Under the pieces are notes generated by a model. That model had not been told where the DNA came from and ran no database searches. It was given only the letters and a program-made list of their open reading frames with translations. From Vicinamibacterales bacterium (lineage in GTDB: Bacteria; Acidobacteriota; Vicinamibacteria; Vicinamibacterales; 2-12-FULL-66-21): a stretch of DNA of 64,000 nt. Location: positions 10,781-74,780 of the forward strand of contig DASXLB010000068.1 in the NCBI GenBank assembly GCA_036496585.1. The letters are read 5' to 3'. Below, piece by piece: positions 62,550 to 64,000 of the stretch. Each line of letters starts with the position of its first letter. Position 1 is the stretch's first letter. The translations under genes were made by a program, and so were the position numbers.

Positions 62550-62879
62550 TCAGCGGGTCTTGGCCGCCTTGGCGAAGCGCTCCACTTCGTGCGCGGCGTG
62601 GGCGACCGCATCGGCCACGTCGTCGCGGACGTCCTGACCTTGCCGCGTCACTTCCGTGGCGGCGTTGGCGATCCGCGTCGTCACGTGGTCGTAGTGGTCG
62701 GTGACGCGCTGGCCGAGATCCCTGGCCGAGCCGGTGACGCGCTCACGCAGCTCTGCGGTGAGACGCGGCGCGAACCACAGCGCGAGACCGGCGCCGACGA
62801 ACGCCCCAGTAAAGAGGCCGATGGCGAAGCCGTAGCCGGCGCGGCCGTCGGCGCGATGGTCCTGTTGTTGCGTGTTCAT
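62550..62879 (-). CDS. YtxH-domain protein
   Basis: SD AGGAG. GFAIGLFTGAFVGAGLALWFAP TM, then a charged helical tail. Confidence 0.8.
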   Translation of the reverse strand: MNTQQQDHRADGRAGYGFAIGLFTGAFVGAGLALWFAPRLTAELRERVTGSARDLGQRVTDHYDHVTTRIANAATEVTRQGQDVRDDVADAVAHAAHEVERFAKAAKTR

Positions 62880-62978
62880 GTTCTGATGCTCCTGGGTGCC
62901 ACTCTATTCCGCCTGCTCGCCACCGCCGTGTACAGAACCGCACAGCCAATTCGTGGGCGATAGTCAGAGACGACGCCG

Positions 62979-64000
62979 ATGGCCCGCAAGAAACCGCCGG
63001 TGACGTCCACCACGACGCCGCCGTTCGACGTCGAGAAATACCTCGCCTCGACCGGTGATGCGCCGCGCATCCGGTCGTATCGCCGAGGGACCATCGTCTT
63101 TGCGCAGGGCGATCGCGGCCTCGACGTGAAATACCTGCAGAAGGGATCGATCAAGCTGTCGGTGCTCTCGCACACCGGCAAGGAGGCCGTGGTCGCGATG
63201 CTCGGCCCGGGCGACTTCTTCGGCGAGGGCGTGCTCGCGGGTCAGTCGATTCGGATCGCGACGGCGACCGCGGCGTCGGCGAGCAGCGTCCTGGCTATCC
63301 AGACGGATGCGATGAGCCGGCTGATCCACGAGGAGACGGCCTTCGCCGACCGGTTCATCGCGCACGTGCTCGGACGCAACATCCGGATCGAAGCGGATCT
63401 CGTCGACCAGCTCTTCAATTCGAGCGAGAAGCGTCTGGCGCGGACGCTGCTGTTGCTGGCGCGCTACGGCAAGGGCAACCCGCACCCGACGCTGCCGACT
63501 CGATCGCGGATCACGCTGCTTCACGGCGCGTCGGACGATTGCATCGAGCCGAACCTGTCCGCCAGGCTGGCCGGCGAAGGCGTCACTCACCTGCTCGTGC
63601 GGCCGGACAGCCGCGCCGGGCGCGCGTTCTTCGACCGGCCGCTCGCGCCAGGACTGCGCCTGGCCGCTCGTTTCAGGGACGGGCAGGTGTTTGCCGTCAC
63701 CGCGCCACGGCCGGCGATCTACGTCGCGGCGATGACACGCTTCTGGCCCCGTGAGCACGATGTAGGCGGCACGTGGCGGTGGATGAGCGCCGATGCCGCA
63801 TGGACGGTCGTCAACATCAGCGGCGGACCGATCGTCGCCGCGCTCGACCTTGAGCTGTCGGCGTTTCAGCGCCAACGGCGGCTGATCCTGATCTTCGACG
63901 GGCACGTCATCCAGACGCTCGCGGTCGATCCGATGCGACACGTCTACGAAGCCGGTCCATTCGCGATGACGCCGGGCCCGCAAGAGCTCGTTTTTCAGTC
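62979..64000 (+). CDS. chimeric ORF: Crp/Fnr-type cNMP-binding N-terminus fused in frame to unrelated sequence, 3'-open at window end
   Basis: Not in the ORF track because there is no stop before 64000. ATG 62979. GTIVFAQGD...GSIKLSVLSHTGKEAVVAMLGPGDFFGEG...NSSEKRLARTLLLLARYG, then no HTH from about 63495 (...TRSRITLLHGASDDCIEPN...RWMSADAAWTVVN...). Confidence 0.7.
   Translation, partial: MARKKPPVTSTTTPPFDVEKYLASTGDAPRIRSYRRGTIVFAQGDRGLDVKYLQKGSIKLSVLSHTGKEAVVAMLGPGDFFGEGVLAGQSIRIATATAASASSVLAIQTDAMSRLIHEETAFADRFIAHVLGRNIRIEADLVDQLFNSSEKRLARTLLLLARYGKGNPHPTLPTRSRITLLHGASDDCIEPNLSARLAGEGVTHLLVRPDSRAGRAFFDRPLAPGLRLAARFRDGQVFAVTAPRPAIYVAAMTRFWPREHDVGGTWRWMSADAAWTVVNISGGPIVAALDLELSAFQRQRRLILIFDGHVIQTLAVDPMRHVYEAGPFAMTPGPQELVFQ

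Overview
This is a very GC-rich (roughly two-thirds G+C by eye, not computed), gene-dense bacterial chromosomal segment. I can support about 52 protein genes on both strands. I found no rRNA, no CRISPR array, no intact tRNA, and no recognisable transposase, integrase or phage gene. Two CarboxypepD_reg-type TonB-dependent receptors, an orphan duplicated-FtsX 'ADOP'-type MacB permease, many sensor kinases and several TAT-exported oxidoreductases suggest an Acidobacteriota-like soil bacterium (inference only).

Gene order, left to right:
- 0-12.6 kb: CheY/CheC/PAS hybrid kinase; proline-racemase-family enzyme; PHP esterase; GAF kinase; VOC protein; a TonB-receptor relic; AGDEF cyclase; DinB; LytS/LytTR pair.
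- 12.6-22.3 kb: esterase; TonB receptor plus prolyl oligopeptidase; small HTH-like ORF; ADOP permease.
- 22.4-29.1 kb: membrane GAF Ser/Thr kinase with an orphan ORF and a C39-like peptidase; a frameshifted TPR gene; sugar-phosphate isomerase.
- 29.2-36.4 kb: BlaR1/BlaI-like pair divergent from a HlyD/ABC/ABC-2/TetR operon; secreted protein.
- 36.5-48.3 kb: TAT-exported Pao-like molybdoenzyme with a Cys-rich mini-ORF; DUF1326; DegT aminotransferase; Fe-ADH; second TonB receptor; methyltransferase.
- 48.4-59.9 kb: isomerase; ThuA; FAD monooxygenase; cytochrome-c/PQQ-type dehydrogenase; DUF4337; dienelactone hydrolase; PAS hybrid kinase; alpha/beta hydrolase.
- 59.9-64 kb: a decayed stretch with two tRNA 3' halves and truncated genes, then AI-2E/YtxH and a chimeric Crp-like ORF.

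Most interesting observations:
1. A BlaI/BlaR1-type module whose sensor domain is an 8x ~29-aa repeat array. It sits opposite an efflux operon, across a dyad-rich back-to-back promoter region.
2. A kinase + orphan + C39-like peptidase operon.
3. Two tRNA 3' halves (Arg-TCT and Asp-GTC), both cut at the anticodon loop, typical of integrase att scars.
4. A hairpin-containing intergenic repeat family at two loci.
5. A 4 x 11-bp phased palindrome array.
6. About twelve genes with a TAnnnT box 6-11 nt before the start codon and no Shine-Dalgarno sequence, which suggests leaderless mRNAs.
7. Several gene relics or chimeras: a TBDR tail, a CMD tail, a homopolymer frameshift, and a Crp N-terminus fused to unrelated sequence.

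All family calls come from reading motifs by eye. No searches or computations were run.
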